From: Phoronis australis | Lineage: Eukaryota; Animalia; Phoronida | Reading direction: 5' to 3' | Length of the DNA: 64,000 nucleotides | Assembly: GCA_002633005.1 (NCBI GenBank) | Contig: NMRA01000200.1 | Span: 344,527 to 408,526, forward strand | Part shown: piece by piece, positions 38,501 through 49,714 of the stretch | How positions within the stretch are numbered: position 1 is the stretch's first letter | How the letters are laid out: every line of letters begins with the position of its first letter | Translations under genes and position numbers: made by a program | The notes under the pieces: generated by a model | The model's input: only the letters and a program-made list of their open reading frames with translations | Told to the model about the DNA's origin: nothing | The model's database searches: none

Positions 38501-41500
38501 ATTTTGTTTTTAGGCAGCTAAACATGGGGCACATTCCTAGAAAATTGCTTTTAAGTCTAAGATTTACCTCAACTTCCAAACTCTCATTCTTGAAACGGAC
38601 TTGAGTCAAATTCAAGTTTTATTTTGAAATTGACTGAAATTTAAGATTTTTGTCAGCCTTCCTGGTAATATAATGAGCATGTTTCTTTTCACCCTGAAAA
38701 TGATCGAACTGTGCCACATGTCATATTTATCTTTTATTTCTAGTTAATTATTTTTGCCTAATTTTGGACATTGCAGGTACATTCTGTGGCGTGTTTCGTC
38801 GCCAGGCCTTAGACAGGGGAGCCATGTTGTTGAACGTCGACAAAATTGTTACGGGTCACAATGCGGACGACATTGCTGAGACCGTGATCATGAATGGTGA
38901 GTCAATATCTACGCCGGGTTTTCTTTTTCTGAGATGCTGACATAAAACTGCCTGTAATGGTCGTTTCAATTGCTGGCTAATTTTCATGGTTTTCAAATCA
39001 TTGCATCACTTCCATTCTAGCACATCTGAATAGGCATGTGTTTTTTTAGATCATTTCAGCTTATCCAAATTTTTCTTTGTAGTGCTAAGAGGGGATATAG
39101 CTCGGCTACAAAGATGTACTGCAATCACTACGGTAACTATTACAGCTTGGTGCTCCTGCAGGAGTGCAAGGCTTCCACCATCATCCTTTACCACACTGTT
39201 GTTAGGACAATAATAATGTTTGTATTTATCTATGTAGTGTTTATTAACCTAAGTGCTTCACAAATGTTATTTTTAAAGCCGTGCTCTTTTGTTTTGAACC
39301 AGGCCCATGAAAACGGGCAGTCAGTTTGCCATTTGGTTGCCAGGGGCGGATCCAGGATTTTGAGTTAGGGGGGGGGGCCGGGGCACGGGAATAACCAGAA
39401 TTTCGGCAGGTGCGTGCCCAGCCTAAAATGTGGGGATGCAGAGGCCTCGAATCTTTGGGGTTGCAGACCTGTTGACTAAAAAAAAATGGTAAACAGGGTT
39501 AGTTCAGTTTGCTCAGGGCCTATGCGTTGTTTATTCACCCCCCGACGAGCCCCTGCTTGCGCGCACCCAAACTCCCAAATGGTATCTGGTAGAATTTTAG
39601 GGGGGCCATGGCCCCCTTGGCCCCCCCCTAAATCCGCCACTGGTTGCTGTCTAATATTTCTTCCTCATAAAGACAGACCAGTCTCAAAGGAAAAGGGGTG
39701 CTTTCGTGAATAACTGAAATGACTCTCTTTGAATTCTAATCGTCATCTTGTGAATCCATATGACTCTGACTGACTCTGACTCTAGGCATTGTCCATCCAC
39801 TGCAGGATGTAGCCCTCCGACAATGCCTTCCAATTTGTTCTGGTTCTTGCCGCTCTCATCCACGTTGCGCCTCTCGTCTTCACGATGTCATCTCTCCATC
39901 TGGCTTGGGGCCGTCCTCTTGATCTCTTTCCATATCTGTGTTGCCACTCTGTGCATATTTTTGTCCATCTGTTGTCCTGTGTTCTGGCGACGTGTCCGCC
40001 CCACCTCCATTTCAATGTCAGAATTGTCTTGATTATGTCCATGACTCCTGTTTGAATCCATATATTTTTTTCAAATCCTTTATGATCAACAAATGTATGA
40101 AGTGCACAAAAGTGCTTGAATGTTCATGCTTTCATGTTGATGAACGTGACTTTCCTGTGATCCCGGTAACCTACACAGACATAAAACTTGTGATTTTTTC
40201 TTCTATATTCCATTACTTTTAGCAGAATGTCTTTATTTAACCTTCAAAACCTTTTAGATCGCAAGCAAAACTTCAACATTTATGAAAATTTCTTAAGTCT
40301 TCTTTGTGATGGTCAAGTTTGCAGTTTAAATAGTCCTTGATAGTTAACACAAAGTGCGCGTGTTTGTTGAATATTGTTTTCATGTTTTACATTGTGAATA
40401 CTAATAGATTTTCTTCTTCAAAGATAAAATTTTTCGGATTTTGGTCTTGTTAGTATAAAATTCATAATCGTGCACAGAATTTGTTTTATGATGATTTGCA
40501 GTTAATGGATCAACAGTTTTTATATGATAGAAATGTGACGTTTTGTAATGTAGTTGTTCAGTTTTGTAAACGGTTGTGTTTCCATCTTTTCAGGGTCAAG
40601 ATGGCACATTACCCAGATGTAAGCCCTTTAAGTATACATATGAAAAAGAAATTGTCATGTAAGTCTTGGCGAAGTCAATGTTCCTTCTTTTGATATGCAA
40701 TATTTTTGAAAGAAATTAATTCAATTACAATTTTTGTGAATGAATTTGGTTGTGTTAAGCTGCTGTTTTCATCGTGCCGAGCAGGTGTTTATGGTATAGA
40801 AGATAACACTGCAAAATGTTAGGGGTCTCAGGTGGTATGACGTGGGTGTATTCACTTCAGTCACTTGTATTTATGTATTTTATAAAACATACAAGGTTTC
40901 GCAACTCTTTGAGGAAATCATATTGAAGCAGACAAGTTTCAAGACATTAAGTGCATTCACCAACACGTTTTGAGTCACTGGCATGGCATTTCACTTTCTT
41001 ATAATTCAAAATACCTTTATTGTTCATCAAATTTAGACTTGCCCAAAATTTTGCTATCTGAAGGTACGCTATGATTCTATGAGTGAGTGTTCGTCAGAAA
41101 ATTTTCACCAATGGCATCACTCTTGCTGTTCCAGTAGCCCAAGTGGCTACAAACCTTGAATCATGGTACCAGCCTATTTACAGACATATCACACTCAAAG
41201 TGTCAAGGTCATGAATTCAGTTCTTCTCGGACTTGCAAAGATTGTACAGATTTTGCATGTATTAGTTTAATTTCACAAATCTTTGCATTCCTAATTTTAC
41301 AAGTTAGATTGCTTTACTGTGGAATTATATTTTTTGTTGTGCAATATACAATTTGGTAGGTGTGGGTTGCTATAGCTCCATTTGTAGTGTGCATGCTGAC
41401 GTACGTAACACACTATTTAGCAAATTATGAAGATGCTAGTACTACATATAGACAATTCTCCCCAGATGTGATTGCATAGGTGTTGTATGTTTGCTTATAA

Positions 41501-44500
41501 AGTTGTTCAGAATGTTTTTCTCCTAATATCTAAACATTGGTAGCCAACATGTGTCTTTTTACCTGACGAGGTGATGCAAGTCAATTGTTATACTAATGAC
41601 TGGTTCAGGGCCCTGAGGCCTCATTCTATTTGTAAAGTCATTTTATCCGAAATGTTTGTTGACGAAGTGCAGGTTTGTGTAATGCTCCCCTTTTTATACA
41701 AAAATGCTCTGACTGGGTCACAGTTGCAGGTGTACTGTCACATTATAGATACAACCAGCCATGTGGTGTTTACTCTAAGTTAATTACTCTCTTGTTAATG
41801 TTTGCTGCACAATTGAGTGCAGCCTCTTCCATAGTGAAGTTTATCTTTTCGTGTGTTGAAATACTACATAGTGTCATAGTGGTATATTTTCTATTCAGTC
41901 ACAGTCAAGCAATTAAGATATATAATGAGGAAACTTACCAGATTAGTTTAATAGGTCAATGAAAATAGACCTTTTACGCTATTTTTCAATATGACACTTT
42001 GAGAACACTAATTCTCTGTGATATGCTTGGTTGCGTTATCGTCTAATTTTGTTTTTCAGGTATGCCTATTTTAAAAAATTGGACTACTTTTCCACTGAGT
42101 GTATATATTCACCTAACGCCTACCGAGGTTATGCCAGGGCATATATCAAAGACCTTGAAGCTGTCAGGCCAAGCGCAATAATTGGTAGGTTGGGGCTACC
42201 TAAGAATAGTGTAGGTTCTAGTTAGCACAAAAATGCACCACAGCATAAGCAATCAATCAGAAGTCCGAGTTTGACCAAAGCTTCAGTCGTAAGTAAAAAG
42301 ATCCTCTGCTTGGTTGACTCCAGCATACTCATGGTTCCACACAAGTATCTGATGTGCTTACTGATGACGATCCGCACTCTGTCATCTGACAAAAAGTCAC
42401 ATGTACCAGTTCATTCATCATATTCAGAAATACGATAGATCCTGTCAGACTGCTAAAATTTTAATCCTGTTAAGTTTTGTTGTAGACATGTTTTGTACAT
42501 AATAAATCTATGTCTGTTATAACTCATTCAGTGAGAGTATAATATGCAGAAAATTATGAGTCGTTACTGAACTTACTTGAAATAAAAGGGCAACGTTTTG
42601 CAGTGTCTGATGGCTTTTTCAAGCCTGTGCAACCTCTGATTGCCCTTTTATTTCAAGTAAGTTTGGTAATGTTTCATAATTTTATGAATATTGTTTTGTT
42701 TATGGTTAGGAAAACATAATTAACTTGTATACACTTTGTGCACTCTTAAGCATTTTTGTAATTCAAGCTGCCGTCAAGGATTGAACTGACCGACATGCAA
42801 GAGGGTCGCATCTACCATACCATTATAAAAAATGCTCAAGGTTGCATGAAATGCTAATTTTGTCCTCCTCACCAAGTATAATACATTTCCAAAAAATTTC
42901 AGGATTTCCTATGGGATGTATTTGAACGGCAACTAACCTAAACAGGCAATATGATTATGATAATAGACTATTGGTGTTTTTAGGTTTTTTATGTGCCCAG
43001 ATATTTTATGTAGGTGCACATTGCCATCATCTCTGTCTGGGCGTCCATCGTCCGCGGCTGTATCTCCTAAAGCCCTTGCAGGATCTTACTGAAATTTGGC
43101 AGGTGTGTTCCAATGGTGCTGGCGACAAATGACAATGAGTTTTGGACCGACCCGATTACCACTGTGCCCATTAGTTGGAATTTTAGTTTTTTATGTTTAC
43201 CAAGGCTTGGAATTTTCCACGGAAACGTGGATTTCCGCTTTTTTCTCTTATTCCCTCCGCGCATTTTTACTATATTTCCGCGGAAAAAAATCGGATTTAC
43301 CGTAAAACTTCTGTGGCAAATTGGTTTCTAACCACAGCGTTGCCGACGAATCGAAAAACAGAAACTGCTCTTTATGTTTCGGAGGAACTAAAATCGAAAT
43401 TGCCGAGGCACCTGGGATAGTGTGGTTCATGAGTGGCGTCTACATATGGTATTATTGCGGTGACAAATAGTGCAATTCTGCGTCTAAAAATGCGTGGAGC
43501 TTGGAGTAGACAGAATATTTCGTGGAAAAAGTGGATAAAGGAAACGATCAATGTGTTCGCAAACAATAAAAGTCAGGGTTTGTGCACTGTAAATTTTGAC
43601 AGAGGGAAAATTACGGCATGCGAGGATGAATCGCGGAGGACCACCTGAAAATGATGAAACACAAGAAAGAAAAACGCTTCCTGAAAGGAAATTCAACCGT
43701 AACCGGTAATTCGTTGGATTGGAATCGTGGAATGTGAGTGATGTATGAAATTCTTTTCTTTGATCCCACGTGTAAGCCCGTGCCAGCAGTTCAATGCCAA
43801 GTTGGCTGCTAGGCCTGAGTCCGATTTTCTACTTGCTGCCGAAACCGGATGCAAAGTGCTTTTTTCATAACTTCAAATGCGTTTTAAATTGCCGTTGATG
43901 TATTCCAATTTATTTTGTTAAAAAGTCTTATTTTGACTGATTCGAGTTTTGTGGTTCAAGAGAGAAGTGGTCACGTGACAGGTTCTGAATGATCTGATTG
44001 GTCGAAGCCATTGTTTACAAATTCTGCTAGTCTATTTTGAGTGTCCTTGTAGTTATTTCTTATATCACACCAGCGTGGCTTATGAACAATTAACTAATGT
44101 TGTTGACTTTCATTTTTCCATGCTAATAGTTGGGGTATGAGCCACTGGTTTTCATCTTGACTTTTTCCATTTGAGTTGGAATTAAGTTTTTTTGTTGGAA
44201 TTAAATGTGTATGTATTTCAGGCTTTCCAGATAATCTCTGGATCGATTTTCAAAATTTTTTAATAATTTTGTATCGTAATTATAAGAACTGAAAATAATT
44301 GTATAGGTCTACCTGCAGCAAATCAAAAATAAGCTTCTGTCACTCACACTGCAAATTTTGCATCATTATCTTTATTATTTTAATTTAAAAAAAAAATCTT
44401 TTGTTGCATCTAATTTCCTTCATTATTGTTGCTGAAATAGATGTCAGGTACTGCTTAAAATGAGTGGGTTTTGCCAACACGACACAGTTACAGGGCATCT

Positions 44501-47500
44501 TTTGATAATAGTGCTTTCTTTTGGTCTGTTATGGTATGGTTGTTTAGACTGCAATGCGTATTTGGGGCAGTAAAAAATTTCTTCGTTTTTGTCATGGGTC
44601 ATTCCAAGCCCTGGTTTACCTCTGTCTCTTCAAAGGTTCTCAACCAATTTTCATGAAACTTGGCGCATAGGCATCTATTAAATGAGATGACGCTATCCTC
44701 CCGTTTTCGGATGGATTCAAGGCATTTTGCGCCATCTAGTGCCAATTTTACTATTTTTGAGTCTGTGTTTTGGTGTCCACCCCTCTCTTTACCAAACAAC
44801 TTTAAGGATGGTTGCGAAAATTGGCATATATGTTCTTAGCGTGAAGGGGATAGTTAACGATGATTTTCTGAAGACTTTGATTACTGTGGGGCCTCCTAGT
44901 TGGAGTTTTGTTTTTTGCACCTATGATTGTATCTCCTAAGCCCTCTTTGGATTCTTAATTAAATTTATTTGTATATGAAGGTGACAGCGGAAGACGACTT
45001 TCGGACATATCAGGTGAACGCTGTGCCCCCTAGTGGCAATTTCATTTTTTTTCCGTTTTCCTCTGAAGTTCCTTGATAGATTTTCATGAAATTTGGGAAA
45101 TAGCTTTCTATTAAAGAAACGGTGACAAATTCCCGTTGTAGGATGGATTTGATGTATTTTGCGCCATCTAGTGGCCATTGTTTTACTATATTGTAGTCTG
45201 TTTTTGGCATTTGCTCCTCTATCAAGCAAACTACAGTAAGGGTGATTGTGAACATTAGCATATATGTTCTTAGTGTGAAGAGGACGATTAATGATGATTT
45301 TCCAATGACTTCGATTACTGTGGTGCCTGCTAGTGGCAATTTTGTTTTTTTTTTTGCACCCGTAGCTGTATCTCCTAAATCCTCTGTGGGATCTTTATTA
45401 AATTTACCAAATGTATTTATATGAAGTTGACAAGGGACGACAACGACTTTCAGATGGATCCGACCAATGCTGTGCCCCCTAATGGCAATTTCATTTTTTT
45501 CGTTTTCCTCTGTTTCTCTGAAGTTCTGTGATAGATTTGTATAAAATTTGGTAAATAGCTTTTTATCAAAGAAAAGATATGTTCCTGTTTTCGGATGGGC
45601 TCGAAGTATTTTGCGCCATCTAGTGGCCATTTTTATGGTATAAATTAACATAACTAGGAGCATACTATTTGCTGTGCATTTGTGGGCACATTTCAATGCT
45701 CCGGGTTGTTCTTGTTTTACTTATAGGAAAACACCACATAAAGACATACACTCCGTCTGTGAAGGCACATTCGTTTATAAATTGTTCTTTGATGAGTTAA
45801 TATTGCCGTGTCTGTCTTTGTAGACATCATCCACTCTGGGGAGTGCATGTCAGTGAAGAAAAATGTGAAGATGCCAACTCAAGGTGAGATGCTTGTTACG
45901 AAGAGCATTAGAAACGGTACCTTATACTTTTTCTACAGATTTGTTCATAAACCACCATCCTGCACTGACCCATAGCATTATCATAATCATAATCATTGTC
46001 AGATGTAAGTTCTTTTTGTGTCAAGCAGATCATTTGTCACATATGAAGTAGCCTCCACAGTCTTTAAAGTGTACCAGATAATTAACCTTTATATCCTTGT
46101 GTGTGATGCTAAACAAAAGACTGGGAGCATTTAGCAATTGATCAAATTTGCATCGACATTTGAAAAAAAACTGCTCTCCTGGATTTGAAACTAAATGGTA
46201 TATGATAAAAAATGGACAATTGCCGCACAAATGAAAAAGTTCATATTGATTCGACGTTTCGTCTATTCATAAGACATCATTAAGTTATAAACAATGATAT
46301 GTCAAGTGTTGACATACGAGTCAGGTTGCATCCATGATGTGAAATGAGTGTAGCAACAATGACAGGAACTAGCAAATAGGTCATCACCATAGCTGTAGAG
46401 TCACTGAGCTCTGCATTTTATTCAGAGAATCGGTACCATGCTGGTCCTCAGTGGCCAATGACTCTTTAATGTAAAGTAATTCCTTAATATAGGTTCTTTA
46501 CAGGTTATGCTGACTGAATGTGTTTGTAATGGTTTAATTACACTTGATAACTGGTGAAATTTAAGTCACTTGACTTATCTTGTGAATTATAATGCCAGAG
46601 ACATCACGAACTTGCAATTTACTTCTGAGTAATACCGTAATATCTCTTTAGGACTAACTGTAATTTTCCATCAAGTGCTGTATTTTCGTGTTTAAAAGAC
46701 AACTTTGCTTTGTGATTTTGTGTGGATGGAAAGGAATGATTAAATCCAGTAACCAATTTGTTACGTAACAACCTCTGAAAAACAAAATCAAGATTTTTTT
46801 AAATTTGTTACACCAACAATAATGATGTGTACATACGGAATCACCCTCTGTAGGTACAACTTAAAAATTGCGATTAACAAATGAAGATCTTATCTACAAT
46901 CCCAAGCATGGACTTGACACCCCTTCAACAACAATCCTGTTGTTCACTTCTGGAACCAAGTGTGATTGTGTTTTTCATGACAGTCCGATTGGTCAGTCCT
47001 TGTACCAACTGTAATTATCTCCCACTGTACTGTAACTGTGTGCTTGCTGATCACAGTCTTTCATGATACTACAGAGGTCAGTAGTGTCTAACTAACCACA
47101 ATATACAAGAACAAACTCTTAGTCAACGATTGTCCTGTTTGTTGAAATTTGCCCTCGTGAGATCCTTTCTAGAATCTTCGATGAGGTGGCTTCCCTTGTA
47201 CTATTCCTTGAGTACATTGTAGCGGGCCGTATTAGCTTCACTGCCAAATTCCATCTGGCAATTCCTTATGCTGCACCTTGAATTTTATTTAAGCTCTTAG
47301 ATAACAATCTAGTCTTATCATTGGCTGTCATTTTACCCTTGAGCTGTCTTGAGGTCATGTACTGTGATTAGGGTCAGAAAGTAGTAAAAAAACGTCATAA
47401 ACAACTTTTCAGTGATCAGGTCACTTTTCTTAGTTTGACCCCACAATTAAAATACACATAGTGATGGAATCTTTACTAACTATTCCCCCAGACTATGTAA

Positions 47501-49714
47501 CCAATATTTAATCTGAGGTAGACACTTAATTGCCGTCCTGTGTATTCTTACTGGTAATATCAAGTGAGCTGATGTTACAAACATCCAGTTTATTGTATAA
47601 ACGTACTAGCAGTTGCAATAATGAATTTAAAAAAATGATTTGATACATGGACACCAGGTGACCTCGCCTGATAGTCTCCTGTTGCTAAGACACCTGTTTA
47701 CCTTCCTTTACAGGTTTGTGTAAAAGATGTGGTTACATCTCCAGCCACCCGGTGTGTAAGGCCTGTGTTCTACTTGAAGGTCTCAATAAAGGACTGCCAA
47801 AGTAAGCCTTTTGTGACATCATCAGTCTATGCATATCGACCTATTTTAATGAGATCAAGATCTGAATTAGAAGTATTCCTGTCTATTTCAAGGGTTGTGA
47901 CATCATTGTCAGTTTGAACCACTAAGTCATGCTCACAAACCATTGTTTAATTTCCTTCTGTGGTCTCTGTGTTGGAATATGTTTATTATCAGCAGTCACG
48001 TGCACACACACCCACACACATGAACGTTGAAGCTGATGCCTTTTTATATTTTAGTTAAAGGCATCCAAATCTTAATGTTATACGTATACTAGTGTAACTT
48101 GAACTGGCTGTACTTCGGGAGCAAGTTTCCAGTTATACAGAATTTGTTAAACGCACGACACTTTTCATTGTTCACAGTCTTTATTCCGTTACATTCGTAC
48201 TTTCGGAATAAAACTCTACCCTCAACTGAACAAATGTCTTCGTTCAAACGTCAAACAATGTTACATTGGTTCAACGGTTTGCAGTCTTTCCCGTCGGTTA
48301 TCCATGCATCTTCAAAATGGTGCCATCCAAGATTATTTTCTGCAATGTCACGCACGTAAAATCACCCGTCAAGAAATTGTGGAAAACACGTCAATTCGCT
48401 ATGTGGAGCAAGATGTGCTGCATTGAGAGTCCCTTTTAATTGCTTTTTGAGAAGCCTGTTTTGAATGAGCAGCAAACAGGGTCGCGCCGCACGTTACACT
48501 TGTTTGCGTGACTTTCCTGTTACCCCCCTTCATTAGTCATTCTTTGCAGTATTTCACACCCGCCGTGTCTCACTGTGTTTGTCATCAGCTTATACTCTGT
48601 GGTTGTATTACTGTGTCATTTTATCTTCACTTGAGAATGAAACAAGTATGTTTCGAAATATCGTGTGTCTATTAATTATGTCGCTAGGTCAGTTACTGTA
48701 TCTATGTTCAGTTGAGAGAAGAATTTTGTTCCGAAAGTACGAACGTAACGGTATAAAGACTGTGAACAATTAAAAATGTTGCGCGTTTAACAAATTCTGT
48801 ATACTAGTGTAAGAAGTGTCAGTATCATACCTATGCACCAGATTAGTTTTCTCTCTGTTAGTGACAATAGTTGGCCTGGCACTGCTTATTGTTATTTTCT
48901 TTGAATTACCTGTTAACTTTCACTACCAATTTTCTAGTGCAAGATGAACTTCTCAGTGGTAATTGGATTTTAAGGAAATTGGAAAATTTGGGTTCACAAA
49001 CAAAAAAGGCAAAAAATTGTCGTTATTTGATACTGGTACTTGAAAATTCTTTCTGGTTCTAAATGCTCACGTTGGACAGTTGAAAGTCTGCTTCTGAGTC
49101 CAAATAATTATTGACTTTAACTTGTTGGGTCATCCCAGCTGCTGATTAACATAATAATGCTTGTTGCAGGCTAGGTATTGGAAAAACATACAAAGAAAAG
49201 CCAGCCAATGTAAGTGGCTTAGTAAGAATCATGTTTCTGTGTCTTTCCACATTCTGTTTCTTGTTTCCAAATTTGATCATTATGGGATATAATGATTTTG
49301 GTGGACATTCCTAGTTTCAATGACAATGTTAAAAAGATGCTACTTTAAATTAAATGTATCTGTGTTAGCCTGGGTTAATCATATAGCCACATGCAGTTAT
49401 ACAGGGCAGTGTTCATGACTTACTAAATACAAAACAAACTATGGTATCACAGATCTCTAAGTGACATGTCAACTGTCAGTTAATGTAAGAGTTTGTGTTT
49501 GTAATGAACAAGTACGTTAGGTTAAAATTAACCTCCTCCTTAGAAATAGATAGGAAACACTATGGTGTAACCAAATGTCTGGTTATTGGTGAAGTGTTTA
49601 TTTTTCACTACTGTTTTCCTTTTTTAGTCAAGCCAAAGTCAAACAGCAAGTGATGGTTGTACAAGCAAGGCACAAAGTTGTGGTGGATCGTGTATCTGTG
49701 CTGAGGAGTTCTGA
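23521..49714 (+). CDS. CTU1: Cytoplasmic tRNA 2-thiolation protein 1 (CTU1/NCS6/ATPBD3), 13 coding exons, 349 aa
   Basis: Exons 23521-23577, 35215-35338, 36007-36125, 37183-37239, 37734-37791, 38777-38896, 39083-39132, 40594-40658, 42060-42184, 45824-45883, 47714-47801, 49170-49209, 49628-49714. Introns are GT-AG with consistent phases; total 1050 nt. Motifs: CDIC..RRPKT..CKQC, PP-loop [60 protein letters not shown]. The last exon is the least certain. Confidence 0.93.
24076..24870. mobile_element. Tc1/mariner-like non-autonomous element, TA-flanked
   Basis: The left end has two CCCTAAAGTCGTGA motifs. Inverted TCACGACTTTAGG occurs at about 24653 and about 24849. TA on both flanks; outer TIR imperfect. 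Confidence 0.6.
24946..25592. mobile_element. Foldback element with ~190-bp inverted arms
   Basis: 24946-25138 is the reverse complement of 25400-25592 with few mismatches (e.g. GCAAGAAGGCCTCATATCAGTTTCGCCTAATGCGCATGCT). Confidence 0.9.
25680..26549. mobile_element. TIR-bounded non-autonomous element nested in a modular repeat
   Basis: AAACATAAAGGTTGGACATTAAAA / TTTTAGTGTCCAACCTTTATGTTT. Confidence 0.6.
29501..29625. repeat. 8-bp microsatellite (YACAGTAC)n
   Basis: Direct reading: CCACAGTACTACAGTA repeats. Confidence 0.95.
30440..30758. repeat. 24-bp minisatellite, about 13 copies
   Basis: Unit GCCAGGCTGTACAAGTTGGCTGAC. It explains the repetitive ORFs in four frames. Confidence 0.95.
30841..31053. 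mobile_element. Tc1/mariner-pogo-type MITE (24-bp TIR, TA TSD)
   Basis: TA|CTGTAAATGTTTGGGTTAACGCCC ... GGGCGTTAACCCAAACGTTTACGG|TA. Internal TAACCGCCC/TAAGCGCCC motifs are shared with 5238-6628. Confidence 0.9.
36718..36994. repeat. 21-bp minisatellite, about 13 copies
   Basis: Unit TGTACTGTGTAGGGACCTGCT. Confidence 0.95.
37820..37946 (+). other. Two extra tandem copies of CTU1 exon 5 (37820-37877 with intact AG/GT; 37889-37946 with donor mutated)
   Basis: Copies of GAGTTATATGGATGGACAATGGATGCAATAGTC.. Copy 2 encodes [19 protein letters not shown]. Copy 3 encodes [19 protein letters not shown] and is followed by TTAAGT instead of GTAAGT. Confidence 0.92.
39341..39642. mobile_element. MITE with CAG(G/T)GGCGGAT termini and 5-bp TSD
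   Basis: GTTGC|CAGGGGCGGATCCAGG ... CCTAAATCCGCCACTG|GTTGC. Confidence 0.85.
39762..40052 (-). mobile_element. 5'-truncated RTE-clade LINE with microsatellite tail and 11-bp TSD
   Basis: Open frame [23 protein letters not shown]....W....[16 protein letters not shown].....W...A..R..W..L.EGYILQW matches the RTE ORF C-terminus. Minus-strand tail is (GAGTCA)n. TGAATCCATAT at 39751-39761 and 40053-40063. Confidence 0.92.
42541..42692. repeat. Inverted repeat with ~50-bp arms (24-bp perfect core), possibly Penelope-derived
   Basis: AACTTACTTGAAATAAAAGGGCAA (42570-42593) / TTGCCCTTTTATTTCAAGTAAGTT (42640-42663). Confidence 0.75.
42985..45717 (+). mobile_element. Helentron-associated (HINE/DINE-1-like) non-autonomous element with internal ~440-bp higher-order tandem repeat
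   Basis: T-run flanks. 5' subterminal ATGTGCCCA (42991) with a nearby partial IR GTGCACAT. CGTCC-type short repeat. 3' TGGGCACAT (45683-45691) inside a GGAGCAT/ATGCTCC stem, ending CTTGTTT. Internal subunits in the order A-B-C-A-B-C-A-B. Confidence 0.75.
43201..44613. mobile_element. hAT-like non-autonomous element with 6-bp TSD, nested in the HINE-like element
   Basis: GTTTAC|CAAGGCTTGGAAT ... ATTCCAAGCCCTG|GTTTAC. Removing it restores the host repeat subunit junction. Confidence 0.8.
46742..47250. repeat. Dispersed repeat, diverged copy 2 (copy 1 at about 6735-7250)
   Basis: Same collinear blocks as 6735-7250, in the same orientation. Confidence 0.7.
48138..48799. mobile_element. MITE/foldback element with ~100-bp TIRs, TA(TA)-flanked
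   Basis: TATA|CAGAATTTGTTAAACGC..TTGTTCACAGTCTTTAT..CTCAACTGAACA is mirrored at 48706-48799|TATA. Confidence 0.88.

Noticed and set aside
45010-45696. 228-aa minus-strand ORF with internal repeats (MATRWRK, KLPLGGT)
   Set aside because: It lies wholly within the tandem array of the HINE-like element; the peptide repeats follow the DNA period and no domain is recognisable.
49210-49314. Read-through of the CTU1 exon-12 donor giving a hydrophobic tail (membrane-anchored isoform)
   Set aside because: Strong GTAAGT donor and a good downstream exon; T-rich intron sequence encodes hydrophobic residues by chance.
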